Notes: generated by a model from the letters alone, not told the origin. DNA of 64,000 nucleotides from Massalongia carnosa (GCA_965645245.1 OZ287067.1:992001-1056000); one strand, 5' to 3'. Shown: positions 10,704 through 25,100, counted from the first letter of the stretch. Numbers and translations are program-made.

Positions 10704-13329
10704 ATAACACTTACGGAGACAACAAACGCTCACATCGCCTGTCTTGTGTGGACGAGTTGGCTGAATCTAGTACTGGCAACGACTCAAGCGATGCGAGTTT
10801 CCAGCCGAGTGTAAATAGTACAGTCATGAATGCTGTATCGGGTTCTGACTTAGAACAGAAAACGCCGATAACTAAGTATGTGGCGAGGACATTACGGGCC
10901 GGCGCAGGCCGCGGTATTCAATACAGCTCAAGTTCTCCATGTCGAAGGAGCTCCTTACGAAGGGAAACGTTCCCCTCGTCTCCACCGAAAAACCCTTCCC
11001 GCGCGCTGGATAATATCTTGTCGCCTTCACAAATACGCATTCGTCGGGGTTTGCCTGCGACACTCTCCTCGCAAACTCTCGAGATCTCAAAGGTCCTCCC
11101 GATCAAGTCTACTTCCGGCACAAGGGCTGGCATAACGGAGGACGAGACAGTCTCCGAAATCAAAAAAAAAATAGATGCTTATCGTTTACTCTGGGGTGAC
11201 ATATCAAGGCGAACCAAGTTCAACTCTAGCCCTGCTCATCAACTAATACTACGTGCCATGATTCCTTTTTTCAACGCTCTGATAACGTCCGGACACGCGG
11301 TTGAATTATGTTCGCCTTGGGCGAACACACAGAAGCCTCGATTGAGCAAAGTAATGAGTCGTACTTGGCAGGACCTTGCGAAGCGTCTCGGTGACCTTCT
11401 TGGCAACCGGAACGTCGACGTAGCATAGCTTCCCACCGCCAAAGAGGCTCGCAGGGTAGGTGAGGTCTTGCTTTCAACGGATTTGTTCATATAAAAACTA
11501 ATCTGAGACTAGATTTATGATTCGACAACGGATTTTCGCTCAAATGTTGAGCAAAGTGAGATTGCTTGTGGCTAACGAATACCCGTTCTCAGTTCAGAGC
11601 GACTGTCGAATATTCGTGTCCACTTTGCTAGACGATCTTCATTTTCTGTGCGAAGATTTATCAACGGTTAATATGTCCTAGTTATCTTGATATAAAGTTT
11701 AACTAACTTGCGAGTAGGCTCCGAAAAACCAGTTTCTCGCGCCTATCTTGATAAAGGCAGTTACTCTGATATTCTTCAATAACGACAATGACTGCAGTTA
11801 TGGACGCAATATCGACACTGCGCATTTGTTCAATCCACTTCGAGGAGAAGTGATCGTATTGATAGCAACTCTGATTCAACATGCTATTGGAGAGTACGAA
11901 TACGGGCAAAAAAAGGTACAGGCTTTTGATGGGTCACAGCGAGAGAGTAAGTTTGTATCAATATAATCTTTGCTGAGTTGAGGCATTAATACTGAAAAGC
12001 AACCCATACTCGAATGACGAACACCTGAAATCAACAGTCCTCGGAGAGAAAGATGTTGTTACAAAGAAGCATTTATCGGCGGGTTATGCGTCAGACTGGA
12101 CAAAGAGATGAGGACTTTTCGGCGGTCACAAAAGCTGTCCACAATCCATTTGCCACTTCTATTGACGATCTTGTAGATCTTGATGCAGGAGATGAAATGA
12201 CAAAGTCGGTCAGGTCGACAACGCGGCTTTCTTCCTTGACATCTTCGTGTAGAACTTCGATCGTTCGTTGCGAGGAGGTGGATTCGGGGTTTTCGGTATG
12301 TCTTGATTGGTATTATGCTTTGGAATTATCAGTAACAACAATAGAAGGAAGCCTCTTCACCTAGACCGCCGCAGTTGACGAGCCACGAGGTATGTAATCT
12401 TATTAACCGCGTTCTAACGTGGTATTAACATCTCTCCTAGAATTCTTCGCAACGTGGACCCTCACAATTAAAGCACAGCGCATCAAGTTCATCCTTCGTA
12501 AGTATTCGCTTTGTTTGTAGAATATCTGTTAGTCTAACAGTTGCGTTGGAAACAGATTAACGACAAGATATCGTCAACTCCAACTCCACTCGCGCAAGAC
12601 GCAATCGTGACGACAGATTCGGGTCAAGAAGTTGCGGTAGATTACGATTTATGCATGGGGAAAGACTGGCGGATTCGGATGAGGTATGACGCAACGTGGA
12701 AGGAGTGGCAGACTGCTGTGGGAATGAAGGATGGAGAGTCGTTCTGGTATACTGTACCAACATTTCCCGAGGCCGTATTGAGCTTTGAGGAGGAATATAG
12801 TTCGTTTTTGGATCGGGTGGAACAGGTGCATAGAGTAATGATACGAAGAGGAAACTGGGCGCAATCTCAAGCAGATGAAGACTCTGCGAGGGAGGACGAC
12901 AATATGGGAGAACTCACATAACATTATTTAAACCAAATCTTGATAATATACTCGACTGGTGTGTCTTTATTGTCGTATCTTGCAGCATCAAGCACTCGAA
13001 AAGGAAACAAAAGCAGTGCATTTTGACATACGCAAGATTTGTTACAATCGTTACTAAAACAACAAGTTAATTAATGAAATTATTGGATTCAAATGCTTAT
13101 AATGACACAAAAGAGTCAATATAACAATTATCATCATTGGACAAAGAAAGGTAAAGGTAATCAATAGTCAAAGAGCAACTGTTTACACGTCAAATGTTCG
13201 ACTCTTCGTCAAGCGCCCATGTCAAACGTGGGCGCAATCGGCAGTACCTAGAACATTTCGGCTAATTGACTAATGTAGTCTATTAGTCGACCATTTGACC
13301 AATTCGCGGGTCCTCCCGATTTCCCGATG

Positions 13330-16300
13330 TTTCTTCAGATAAATTGTTTGTCGAAGAATTATGATTGATTTTTGAATGTTGACGTTCATCTCAATTCTCA
13401 AATAATGAGAAACTTTTTTCAAATTCGTCATGCGAAACCGAGACTTCAATTCGTGTTGCAATTGCTGCAATTTTGAAATATCTTTTTCGAAGATGAAAAG
13501 ATCGTCAACGTAAATCGCTATAAACATATTGTTCGAAACGAAAACTTCATGATTCGAATTTGTTCGTTTAAATTTCATTTTTTGCAGAAAATTCTGCAAG
13601 ATCTGATATCATACACGAAAAAATTGTTTCAGATCATATAAGTCTTTCGAAGTAAGCAGATCTTGTTCTTTTTTATTTCAAACAAGATGAATTGTATGAC
13701 GTATATAATTTCGTTCAAGAAGTCATATAGAAAAGCAGTCATCACGTTCATGTGATAAATGAATAATTTTCTTTTTACGTTAATTTTCATTAGCGTTTTG
13801 TAAAAAACTGATTTTATCATTGTAACAAAATGTCGAGATAATTCAGATCTTCTTTTTGTTTATAATCATGAATTATTCATTTTACTTTGTATTTCAGCAT
13901 TTTTTCATTTCTGTCTTTCTTTATTTTGAACATTCAGCGATCGATGATCATCTTTCGATCGAACGATGTTCTTTTTAATGTTCATGTTTCATTTTTCATT
14001 AAAAATTGATACTCGATTTTCATGATTTTTTTTCATTGTTCTTAGTGAGATGAGAACATTGTCTTCTTCAAAATCAGAAATTCATCGAGATTCTCGTTGT
14101 TCTCGTTTCTTGTCAGAATAATCAGCATTCGTATCATATGTACGTGAATTTTTGAAATCTGATCTGATTTAAATAAATTGATGCTGAATCGAATGTTCTT
14201 CAGCGTTCTTTGATTGAGAATTCTTATTCGTTCAAATTTTCGAAATTCGATGAATTGACGAAAAATGTTTTTCATTTCATCGAAGTCATTCTTCTTTTCA
14301 TTTTTCTCGATCTGATTTTTCTTCGAAGCATTTATTCTCATTTATTGAAACGTTATTCGTGATGTTGATGAAATCATTTCTGATTGAATTTTCGAATTTC
14401 TCGATATTTCAGAACTCGAAGTTATCGAAAATAAAGAAATTGAATGTTCGATTTCGTTTTTATCAACGAAGTCGTCTGAATCATCAAACAAATCGTCGTC
14501 GTTCTGCTTTCATGAAATGTCGACGAGATTTCAGACATTTTTGTCTTTGAAATCATATACATTGCCTTCATCGACAGTGATATCGCGACAAACATGAATC
14601 TTTTCGATAAAAGAATCGTAAATTCGAAATTGATTGTTTTCATCGTATTCGACAAATATTTTTTGTCAAAAACGATCATTCAGTTTCTTTCTTTTCTTCT
14701 TTGAAATGTGTATTCACGTTTTCGTCTCGATCGTTCTGATATGATCGAAAAAGAATTTCGCATCGTTCATGCGTTCATATGAAGTGATTTCGTCAATCTC
14801 GAGATTTCTATTCTTGATGTATTCGATCGTTTTCAGAATCTCTTTTCAAAATGATTTTGAAAATTTTTTAACTTTCATCATGAATCGAATGAGAATCATG
14901 AAAATATAATTTTGTTTTTCGATTTTTTCATTCTGTTCAGACACATTTGATGCTCGAATCTTTCATTGAATTCTTTTCTTTTTCAGGAATTTCTGAAAAT
15001 CGTCATTGATGTACTCTTCTTCTTCATCAATTCGAAGACTCTTCATTTTCTTTTTCGATTGATTTTTTATTCATGTTTTGAACTGCTTGAAACATTCAAA
15101 GATTTGATCTTTTGTTTTCATCAAATAAATTCAAATTATCTCGAAATAATCGTCTTTTATTGTAACATAAAAGCGTTCGTCAAATCTTGTCAGCGAGAAT
15201 GATTCTTTCAAATCGTTTTGCAGTAGATTCAAAAATTCTGTTGCTCGAATTCTTGAAGTGCGATTTATTATTCGTTGTTGTCTGCTCATCTTGCATGAGT
15301 CGCATATTTTTTTCGATATGAATTCTTCAATGATGACTTCTTTGATTAAATGATTTAATTTTAAAAATTTGAAATAATTGAAGTGATCAAGTCGTTCGTG
15401 TCATGTTTGAATAGAAATCTTTGTCGAATTTGTGATGACGAGGATTCGTGTCTTGATAAAGCTGATAATGATTGTTTGCAAAACATACTGATCGTTTATT
15501 GTTTTGATCAATTCAATCATTCTTTTTTTGTATATCAATTGAGCGAATTTATCATTCGTTTTTAAATACGTTGATATGTTCTTTTTTTCGAATTGTATTG
15601 TGCTGATGAAATTGAATTTTAAATCGAGAACGAAAAGAACGTTGATTAAAATGAGATTCGTTGCGCTTTCATTTTCATCGTTTATTGACAGAAACAGAAA
15701 ATCTCTTTCTTTCGTTGACAAAATCTCTTCGAAATCTGTTTTCATGTGATTGTGTTCGATTCGAAAAATTTTTTCTTGAAAAAGAATTTTATTGCAAACA
15801 ATGTGCGCGATGACATCGAAATCGATCAACAAATCGTGAGTGTTTTTGAAGTCTCGATACAGATTTGTGAAACAAATAAACGATGTTTTTTGAATCGTTG
15901 TTCGAAAACATTTCTTTATCGTACAGATTATTTGAAATTTTGAGATTTCATTATCTTTTTTGCTTTTACAAACGCGTTTCAAATGATCAATCTTATTACA
16001 CTTTCTGCATATAGCGTTGTTATGTCTGCATTTTTCGAAATGATTATAATCACAGCATTTGCATTTCTTATTTTCTTCGATGAGAGTTTTCTTTTTCTTT
16101 GTCTTCAGCATATTAATTACGACGACAGAATCTTGACGCATACGAGTCTTCTCGTTCCTCAGGTTTTTCAGTAGATCATTCAGTGTCGAAAATTTGTTTT
16201 CTCGTCGAGTCTGTTCATTCAAAATGATCAAATAAATGTTGAATGAACTGTCGAGTTCATTGAGAAGCTTGGGCATTACAATGTGTTCAACGATCAAAAT

Positions 16301-17295
16301 CATGTCGATGATTTCGAACTTGATGTTTCTGATTAAATTATCATACTTCTCGATGATCTTGCATTTTTCATAATTTATTTTCTTCAGTCGATTGAATGTG
16401 CTTTATTTCGCATTTCAATTTTTGAAGATGTATCGAATTTTTAAATGTTCTCAAAGATTCTTCGAATTTCAAATACTTTCATTGATTAAATCTTTCATCG
16501 ACAAGAATTCCTGTTGCACGTCATTCGTGCACATCTTGTTTATTTTATCAATTATTCTTTTTTGTTTTTTCGAGAACTTTAAACGTTCAAGATTTCTTTT
16601 GTCTCGTTTTTTTAACTGTTTCTCTGTTTTCTTCGAGAATGTCTCATCAATTTTCTGAAATGAAGAAGAAATTTCTCGAGACATTTTTCGAGCGTCGATC
16701 ACATAATTTCAAAGTTTCGTCTTCTGCAGAACGAAAGTCATGTCTCTGAATCATTTTTTATAATTTTCACTCCTCATCAGTTTGAAGAATGTGTATAAAC
16801 TCTTTTTCTTGATCATTTTTTATATTGAATTCACACAGAGAATTTTGATGATACATCGTGAAAATGTAAAAACAATGAAGAGTAGATGACGACGTTTTTT
16901 CGAGAATTGAAAAGGAGTATATATATTTAATATAGAATGAGATAGATAGAAGAGATGAAGATGAGTTTGACAATCAATGTGAAGACTTATTCAGACGCAG
17001 TAGAAGTAAGTCGAGCTCATAATCTAATAAAGGATAAATTCACGTGTAGATGTTATAGCATGATTGTCATTGAAGGTAATTATCTATGTGGGCTATTTGT
17101 CTGTTTTATATAGCAGTCACAAAGCAGTCACATCTAGGAGCCCGAACGGTCAGACCTTGTCCCCCCATATCTGCTTGTTTAGGCACCCTGACGGTCAGAC
17201 CTAGGCTCCCATATCTGCTTGTTCTGGCACTTTGCCAGGCACCCCCCGGGGCTCATGATGGATGCCTTTATTGATGATGGCCTCATCATCTGACA
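13330..17295 (-). mobile_element. Ty1/copia retrotransposon copy 1, RIP-degenerate, truncated within RT
   Basis: Minus-strand fragments: knuckle CRKCNKIDHLKRVC, protease LLIDFDVIAH (from DSGA), integrase, RT MNVMTAFL and AIYVDDL; order gag-PR-IN-RT; 5' LTR 17025-17295 next to a mutated GGTTATGAGCCC-type PBS. Confidence 0.9.
17025..17295 (-). repeat. 5' LTR of copia copy 1
   Basis: Homologous to 31588-31801, with an internal tandem duplication (ACGGTCAGACCT..CCCATATCTGCTTGTT). Confidence 0.85.
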
Positions 17296-17327
17296 TCGAG
17301 TGCCTTTTTCATGTCATTTTCTTCGAG

Positions 17328-17730
17328 TCAAATTGTGTCAATGCTTGCGTTGTCGTTGAGATCTGCTCTTCTCGAAATCTCAAGAGTATTCAGAAATTCA
17401 ATGAAGTCTCGAACATAAGCACGCTCTTGCTTCAGCGATTTCTCGATTGCTTTGTGACAGCTGAACTCGTGATTCAGGAATTGTGTCACAAGAGCGCGCT
17501 TTCTTTTCTTCAACTTCAGTGTCTTCTGCTGAATTGCAAATGCTTTTTGATAGTTGCTTACGATCTCTTTCAATTTTGCGGCTTCTTCGCTTTGTGCATT
17601 GAAGAATTTCATGCGGATTTCGTTGAATTGATTGACTTGATCGACTTCGAAAAGCCGCTGATGCAGTATGACATTCTCATTTTCGAGCGCACTCTTCTTT
17701 CAGCGAAGTTTTTCGTGAGAGATTAGCTCA
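17328..17730 (-). pseudogene. RIP-degenerate coiled-coil ORF fragment
   Basis: 94-aa K/E/Q-rich ORF in mutated, TC/GA-rich sequence; no recognisable family. Confidence 0.3.
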
Positions 17731-19287
17731 ACATCGCACGTGTGACAGATGGCTTGACTAGACTGTTGCTAATGTCAATATTCGTTCGTTCAAGTCGTGA
17801 GACTTCTTATACCACTCGGGAAAATTGAAACAGTGCACTTCCACCTTGCGTTGTCATGATGATCAAAGCGAATGTTATAACGGGAAGGTGAGGATGTGGT
17901 GACGGGAATGTGAGAATGTGGTGACTGCTTTGAATGATTCGAGTAACTGGATCGTTTGAGACAAGCGATCGAAGAAGCCGTATTTTATACATTGTTCGAA
18001 CTCTGAAACAATGTTACTAGACCAGTCCATCACTGAGCCACCCTCAACGATACCCAGTGCTACTTTCGCTGACGCTTGTACAATCCTTCAGGTACCCCGG
18101 GATTACATTTTCATCCAGTCGATTTATGAATGAATGGGCGCAAAGAGCAAGAATGCACTGAAGTCATCCACGCGCTTCGACCGCCGTCAAGTATACTCAA
18201 GTCACGCTTGCGGCGGGACTTTTTACAGCAAAAGGATGGGGCTATACGAATGGATTTCAATCCATGTCCTCATCCTGCACTTCCTTGGTATCGCTTTTTG
18301 CTTTCACAATAAGGAATCATGACTAGAATCAATGAGACTGCTCGAGCAGGATGATTGGCTATCCTAAGATCAATGAGCTTTAGCGCTTGGCAATTCTGCG
18401 TTGCTTATGCAAGTCATCACACCTGTCAGGAGGATGCGCGGCACAATTGCTGATGTGCATAGGGCTTATGCGTGCTGAGCCAGCTTGTGGGGTAAATCCT
18501 TCGAGCTCCAGCGATATGACTGGTTCACATTCAATGCTTCATTAATGGCACCCTTTTGCGCCAGAATTGGATACACTGTTGTATCGGGATTTAAAAGGGA
18601 ACAGCGATGCGTGAATGTCGGTGTATCATACTTGCACGCATTTCTCGTCATGACTAATTTTTTCGATGAACAGTATCCCGAAAATGGATGAAGCGAGTTC
18701 ATCAACAGCAACTACGCGACTGGCTGTGAAGACCCGACATTGTTCTCATCCTTGGATTATTTTGTTAGTCATGGTCTCTTGAAGCTCAATCATCGACTGA
18801 TCACATTCTTTTAAGATCTTTCAGCCGGAAACCCGCACGCAGATCGAATCTCTATCTCGACGTGAATCGATCATGTCGATCTGCAGAATTCGCTCGAAGG
18901 TCAAGATTCCGGCGTTAAAGCAGGGGAGAGGAGATCGAAATATAAAGAGATCAAGGCATTGTATGAAGAGAATGCTGTGATCTCAACATTGCTAATGTCT
19001 GTTTAGAATCGAGGAAAATTCAAGGTATTTCGATAAAGCAAATCAACGAAAAGTATTAACATTGACGAAAGACAGATAAATCAACTGGGTCAACACGTCG
19101 AAGCGTTGCATTTCTATTTCGAAGCAATGAGATCGACACAGAAAGATTTGACAGAGCAAGTCAATCGACAGTGAGTGGTAAAAACATTCATAACTACTTT
19201 CTCAAAGAGAGAAGACGATTCGAGTCAGGAAGTCAATTCAGGTAAAGTCAACAAGGGCGAGATCGTCAGCGATGAGCGAAGGGGAAG

Positions 19288-19832
19288 TTAGAGAATTTTG
19301 AAATTTACAGCCTTCAGGCATTTGAGACAGACTCCACTGATTCTTGTAATGCTATTAGTCGTACTTTGCTGGAATTTTCTTTCGGAAACTGTAATGGCTC
19401 TTAAGCGTTTGTGCTCCGGTCTAATAAAACCGGAGCGAAGAGCGGATCCTTGCCCAATAGAAATCCTCATTTTATCCACCTTACTTAAAAGCTCACGAAC
19501 GCATAGAACATCGCCTTGTTGGCGATGTTCGATAGCGAGTCAATGAGACAACACCTGTCACCGAAGGAGATCAACACGTCAAAGAAATTTGGCAAGAGGG
19601 ACGATGGCAAGTTCCGACATAGATGCGGCAACATCTCATGTAATCATAAAGGCAGTTCTATCAAGGATTGGTACGGCGTCAATATCCGTCTCCTCCAGCT
19701 GACAAATCGTGGTGGGATTCCCATGTAATTGCCGTGGTAATTCGGTCAGAAGTTCGACCACGGAGTACGACCAAGAGAGCTCAGCCCCTGCTGTGCCAGA
19801 AGCTTCGCTCGTTACCTGAAGCATGGGCGCCC
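19288..19832 (-). pseudogene. Decayed ORF truncated by element C
   Basis: ORF pieces 19288-19479 and 19636-19824 share a frame, separated by stops; the frame runs up to the C LTR. Confidence 0.3.
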
Positions 19833-20862
19833 TGTAATACGGATGGCGCTAGAGGGATACGTGATCGCCTATGGCGGTTGCGGGATTAACTAGCGTGGAC
19901 CATGCCGTAGTACGAAGTCGCATAAGCCGTCGAGGCTGACACACTGCCATCTTGCCCCGAAACTTCGGAGTTATTGTTATCACGTTCTTGACTACTTACA
20001 GATCAAACACCTGTCGAGGCCGTGGTGGTAGATTGCCATGGAGTGTAAGGCGGACTCCTGTGGAGACGCCAAGGAACTCTATATGGGATCTACTGGCCTA
20101 CTCGGAGCTACTGGATCTCTTGATGGTTCAAGAGAGGTAGCAGGAGGCACGGCTCGCTGGACGCAGCTTGAGCTAGGCTCCCTGGTGTAAACTTCAGCTT
20201 CAACCTTTATTACTACGTTGGTAGTGATGTCGGCTGAATGAACCTACATGACCTCGTTGTCTAGACCTTGTGTTTAGAGGCAGGTCCGCAGTGTAGCGAG
20301 GTATTCAGTCGGAGGTAACCTTCCATCACTAGGTAGTGGTGACGGCGAAATGAAGCTACATAGCCTGAGGCATGTAGTGAGGGATCTAGCCGGGGGTAGA
20401 ATTGTTCTACCTTGCAAGGGAAGGTCTAGAAGGCTGCTCGAGGCTGACTAGATGATCCAGCGAACGCCGAGTTCGTGGATGGATCCTGAGGGATGGTTGG
20501 ATGTAATGCGATAAAGTCGGATGTGGATTGCAAGGCTGTAATGCTCGCAAGACTCCCAAGGCTTGCAAGGCTCCTAAGGTTCCAAGGCTCCCAAGGCTAT
20601 AGGCTTGGGGTGAGTAGGATAAATATCAGAACGAATCTTGTAGTATTCGTTAGCAATTAGTCTTTATTCTATGAACAACCTACGTTTGGGTCTCGGACGA
20701 GATCTCTTGGTCTAAGCACTTCCACATCCATTAGTTCTTTGGATCACGTATACTCTCGGAGACTAGCACGTAGTAGCTATCTTCCTCCTCTCACGCTGAG
20801 CATTTCCCCTTTCGAGATCAGTGTTGCTCGTGATAAGCTTACTGGTCTCGTAGCCCATTACA
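19833..20862 (+). repeat. 5' LTR of C
   Basis: TGTAAT...ATTACA; internal CAAGGCT tandem motifs. Confidence 0.97.
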
Positions 20863-20952
20863 ATTCTAATTGCTCTCATACCCTACGGGTCAGCCAGCCC
20901 GTTTGGAGGAAGCTTAGCTAGTGGAGCCATCTGTTCTTGAACTCCGCAGACG

Positions 20953-22104
20953 ATGTCTTCAAGCTCTCGCCCTCGCAGGAATGTCCGGCAAGGTCCAACA
21001 AGATCTCCCCAGGCAGAAGATACTTCAAGGCCTTCGGAAGAGACACCGGCACCAAGTACTGAGGAAGCTACGGGCCCTGCCAAATACACCGAGGAAGATC
21101 TGCAGAGAATCACAAAGCTCTGCATGGAGTCGTTCCTCCAGGCACAAGGCAGTCGACATGAAGGCCCCCGAGAAGGTCAGTTGAAAGCTCGGTTCCCGGA
21201 TCTCTACTATGGGAAGTCCCATATGGAGTGTTACCATTTCTGCCAACAATGCGAAGACCACTTTGACACCGCCGGCGCCACTGGGTCTAACCGTACACCC
21301 TTTGCCGCATCTTTCCTTCGTGGCCGGATCAGCTTTCGTTGGCACCAGCACAAACGTCGAAGCCAAGGCGAAGAGGTAGGACCTTTGTCTTGGATCGAGT
21401 TCAAGGCTTTCCTTCGGAAGAATCTTGGAGACTCTAGGGCTTTTGTGGACGCAACCTGGAGTAGGATCAAGCGGGACTCCCAGTACCAACAAGAAGAAGT
21501 TCAGGATTGGGCTTCTCACCTGGAACATTTGCAATCGATACTCCTGGAGTTTGATGCTGAGGGAGCTCCAGAGGAGTCGGACCTTATTCGGTACTTTCGT
21601 GAAGGCCTCAAGCCTTCGATAAAGGCCCAGATGGAACAACGAGGAAGGGAACTAGACAGTTGGGAGGAGCTGGTCGAAAAAGCGATCGATGCTGAGGCAA
21701 AAGCTAGCCTGCAGCCGCAATCGATCCTTCGTGAGATGGATCAGCGTTGTCCACATGGAAACCGGCTCGCTCATGCCACTGTGGCCAAACCCCAGACCTC
21801 TACTCGAGACCCTCGAGACGAGCCTAGCGAAAAGCCCAAAACGTCGGGTCCGAAGCAACCAAACTCCTCGCGCCCAGAGAACAGCGAGATTGCCGACAAG
21901 AAAGCTCGGAGAGAAAAGAAAAGGCAGCGACGTCTTGATCAAGCTCGAGATCGGAAAGGCTCGGAGTCGACTCCGGCCACCGGTGCCAACACTTCCAATG
22001 GCACCAGCAGGGACGTGTCCCAAATCACCTGCTTCAACTGCAACAAGAAGGGACACTACGCAAGCACTTGTCGCGAGTCCAAGAAGGACGCTTCAAAAAA
22101 CTAG
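20953..22104 (+). CDS. gag: Gag of C
   Basis: Retrotransposon gag core, zinc knuckle CFNCNKKGHYASTC; ends A AAA AAC TAG. Confidence 0.95.
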   Translation: MSSSSRPRRNVRQGPTRSPQAEDTSRPSEETPAPSTEEATGPAKYTEEDLQRITKLCMESFLQAQGSRHEGPREGQLKARFPDLYYGKSHMECYHFCQQCEDHFDTAGATGSNRTPFAASFLRGRISFRWHQHKRRSQGEEVGPLSWIEFKAFLRKNLGDSRAFVDATWSRIKRDSQYQQEEVQDWASHLEHLQSILLEFDAEGAPEESDLIRYFREGLKPSIKAQMEQRGRELDSWEELVEKAIDAEAKASLQPQSILREMDQRCPHGNRLAHATVAKPQTSTRDPRDEPSEKPKTSGPKQPNSSRPENSEIADKKARREKKRQRRLDQARDRKGSESTPATGANTSNGTSRDVSQITCFNCNKKGHYASTCRESKKDASKN

Positions 22105-25100
22105 TATCGGTCTTGGCAACCTCCGCGCCTTTGACTGAAACTAGTAAGGAGGCTAATCTTGAGCGGGTTCCTTGTATTCGATATCCGGTCCGTTTGAGGA
22201 AGGATCAAGACGAGGTAGAAGCTTTGATAGATTCCGGCAGCGAGGTCAATGCAATGCACCCCGCTTATGCCGCGAAACTAGGGCTTCGTGTTAGGGAAAC
22301 AGATGTTGGGGCGCAGAAGATTGATGGATCTCACCTGGATACCTTCGGTATGGTTATCGCAGGGTTCTCGGTCGAGGATAAGCTAGGGAAGGTTCGATTC
22401 TTCCAGGAAACCTTCTTGTTGGCTAATATTAGCCTGGAGGTGGTCCTGGGAATGCCTTTTCTTACACTCAGCAGTGTGGATATACGGTTTCTAGAGCGAG
22501 AGCTTGCCTGGAGAACTTACACAGCTGCCGAGGCTTTACCAACAACCAGACGTGTGGAGATCATCGATAAGGAAGAGTTCGCGGAGACGGTCCTTGGAGG
22601 AGACGATGAGGCATATGTGGTGCATGTAATGGCCGTAAGCAAGCCATCGTCCATGCCGATCCACGCCTCTCGCCAGGCCCAAGTAGCCTCGCTAGTGAGC
22701 GAGGAGGCCAATATCCCCGTTGAATATTCCGACTTCTCTGACGTTTTCTCCCCTGACTCTGCAGCGGAACTACCGGAGCACACCGGCTTTAACGACCATC
22801 CTATCGATCTAGTAGATGGTAAGCAGCCACCTTATGGCCCAATCTACAGCCTAGGTCCTATGGAACTAGAGACACTGAAAACCTATATTGAAACCAACCT
22901 AGCCAGCGGTTTTATTAGGCCTTCTCAATCTCCGGCTGGTGCTCCTATACTGTTCATCCGCAAAAAGGACGGTAGTCTCCGCCTGTGTGTGGATTATCGA
23001 GGACTCAATACCCTGACAATCAAGAATCGGTACCCGTTGCCCTTGATTGGAGAGTCGCTTGATCGACTAGGCCGTGCCAAGCGATTTACGCAGCTAGATC
23101 TCACGAACGCGTATCATCGGATGCGAATTCGAGAGGGTGATGAATGGAAGACAGCCTTTAGGACTCGATATGGTCACTTCGAGTATCAGGTTATGCCCTT
23201 CGGCCTTTCCAATGCCCCAGCTAGTTTCCAGGGCTATATCAACAAAATTCTAGCAGAGAAACTCGACGTCTTTGTCATCGTATACTTAGATGACATCCTG
23301 ATCTATACCGAGGACGTAGGTCAAGGCCATGTTGAGGCTGTTAAGTGGGTCTTGGAGAATCTCCGAAAAAACGGACTCTTTGCCAATCTAAAGAAGTGCC
23401 GTTTTCATCAAGATGAGGTTCGCTTCCTAGGCTACGTTGTCTCTGGCCAAGGAATTCGTATGGAAGAGGAAAGGATTGAAGCTGTCACGAACTGGCCAGA
23501 ACCCAAGTCAGTACGAGACGTCCAGGTGTTTATGGGATTCGCCAAATTCTACCGGCGGTTCATCCGGGGGTTCAGCAAGATTGCTGCTCCACTCACCTCA
23601 ATGCTTAAAACGAACTTGGTCGCCAACACTGGGCCATCCCCAAAGGCGAGGCGCGGAGCGGAAGAATCTTGTTTTCTAACTCCTGCCGCTGAGTTAGCCT
23701 TTGCCCAATTAAAGCAGGCGTTCACTGAAGCACCGATCCTCCGACATTTTGACCCTGAGCGCCACATCCGACTTGAGACGGACGCCTCGGGTTACGCCAT
23801 AGGTGGCGTTCGCGTTCTTAGCCAGCTGGATATCGAAACCGGCCAATGGCACCCAGTAGCGTATTTTTCTCGGAAAATGATTCCTGCGGAAACTCGTTAC
23901 GAAACTCACGATGGAGAACTACTAGCCATCGTTGAAGCCTTTAAGAATTGGAGGCATTATCTCGAAGGTTGTAAGCATGAAGTCCTCGTGCTTACAGACC
24001 ACAACAACCTGCGGCGATTTATGGATACGAAGAGTTTAAGCCCCCGCCAGGTTCGCTGGGCGCAAGAACTCTCTCGTTAGAATTTCCGCATCGATTATCG
24101 TCAAGGCAAGGCTAATGGAGCTGCCGATGCTTTATCTCGCTATCCTCAGAGGAGCCAAGGCGAAGAGGAAGTGCTTCGAGCTGAGAATACTCGAATCCTT
24201 CACCGACTGCAGTCCTCGCTGACCAGCGCCAGCATCTCTGGTATCACTAGTACTCAGCATCTCACCCCTCCACACCACATCATTATCTGTGGAACGCACG
24301 TCTTCCCTCAACTACGTCAGTTTTGGGATACGCTCCGCCAAGACTTGACCTCTGAAGGTCCTTACAAAGTCAGCATTGGTGGCATGAGGTTGAGGTTGCA
24401 GGAGTTGCAGGAGGAAGATACCCAAGCTCAGATGATCAGAGCAGAGAAGCTTGGAAAAGATGGCTGGGAAGACGCCGATGAGATTTTGCACTATCAAAGC
24501 CTGCCTTATGTCCCTGAGATCCTCAGAACTGAGCTAATCAGTAGGCATCATGATGATCCATTAGCAGGACACTTCGGCATCGAAAAGACGCGAGAACTCA
24601 TTGCGAGAAAGTACTTCTGGGAGACTCTCCGTCGCGATGTTGAGAGCTATGTCAAGGGTTGCGACGTCTGCTTATCTTCTAAAGCGGTCAGACACAAGCC
24701 TTACGGAGACCTACAGTCACTGCCAGTGCCAACTCATCGCTGGAAAGACTTGTCTATGGATTTCGTGACGGGGTTGCCTGAATCTGCGGATTGGAAGCGC
24801 GACAGTTACGATTCGATCCTGGTTATCGTCGACCGGCTTACGAAGATGGTGCACTATGAGCCAGTGCTAACAACGATCACTGCGCCATTGCTAGCAGAGG
24901 TAATCATAGACGTGGTAGTTCGTCACCACGGCTTGCCCGACTCTATCGTCAGCGACCGCGGCTCAGTTTTCACTTCTAAGTTCTGGTCTTCCTTGTGCTA
25001 CTTTTTAGGCATCAAGCGACGCCTCTCTACTGCGTTCCATCCACAGACCGATGGGCAGACCGAACGTCAGAACAGCACCATGGAAGCCTATCTTAGGGCG

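Larger units (their letters stand above)
4650..12921 (+). pseudogene. Multi-exon decayed gene with a DUF6532-like segment, split by element B
   Basis: Removing B and one TSD restores the frame ...KRSRAQFDGNNTYGDNKRSHR...; in-frame stops; GT..AG introns (e.g. 12390-12440, 12498-12540); exon 11748-11946 HLFNPLRGEVIVLIATLIQHAIGEYEYGQKKVQAF resembles DUF6532; could be more than one gene. Confidence 0.5.

Noticed and set aside
24078..24080. Programmed stop-codon readthrough in C pol
   Set aside because: The stop falls at a conserved aromatic position just after RNase H (F in A and B); a point mutation is simpler
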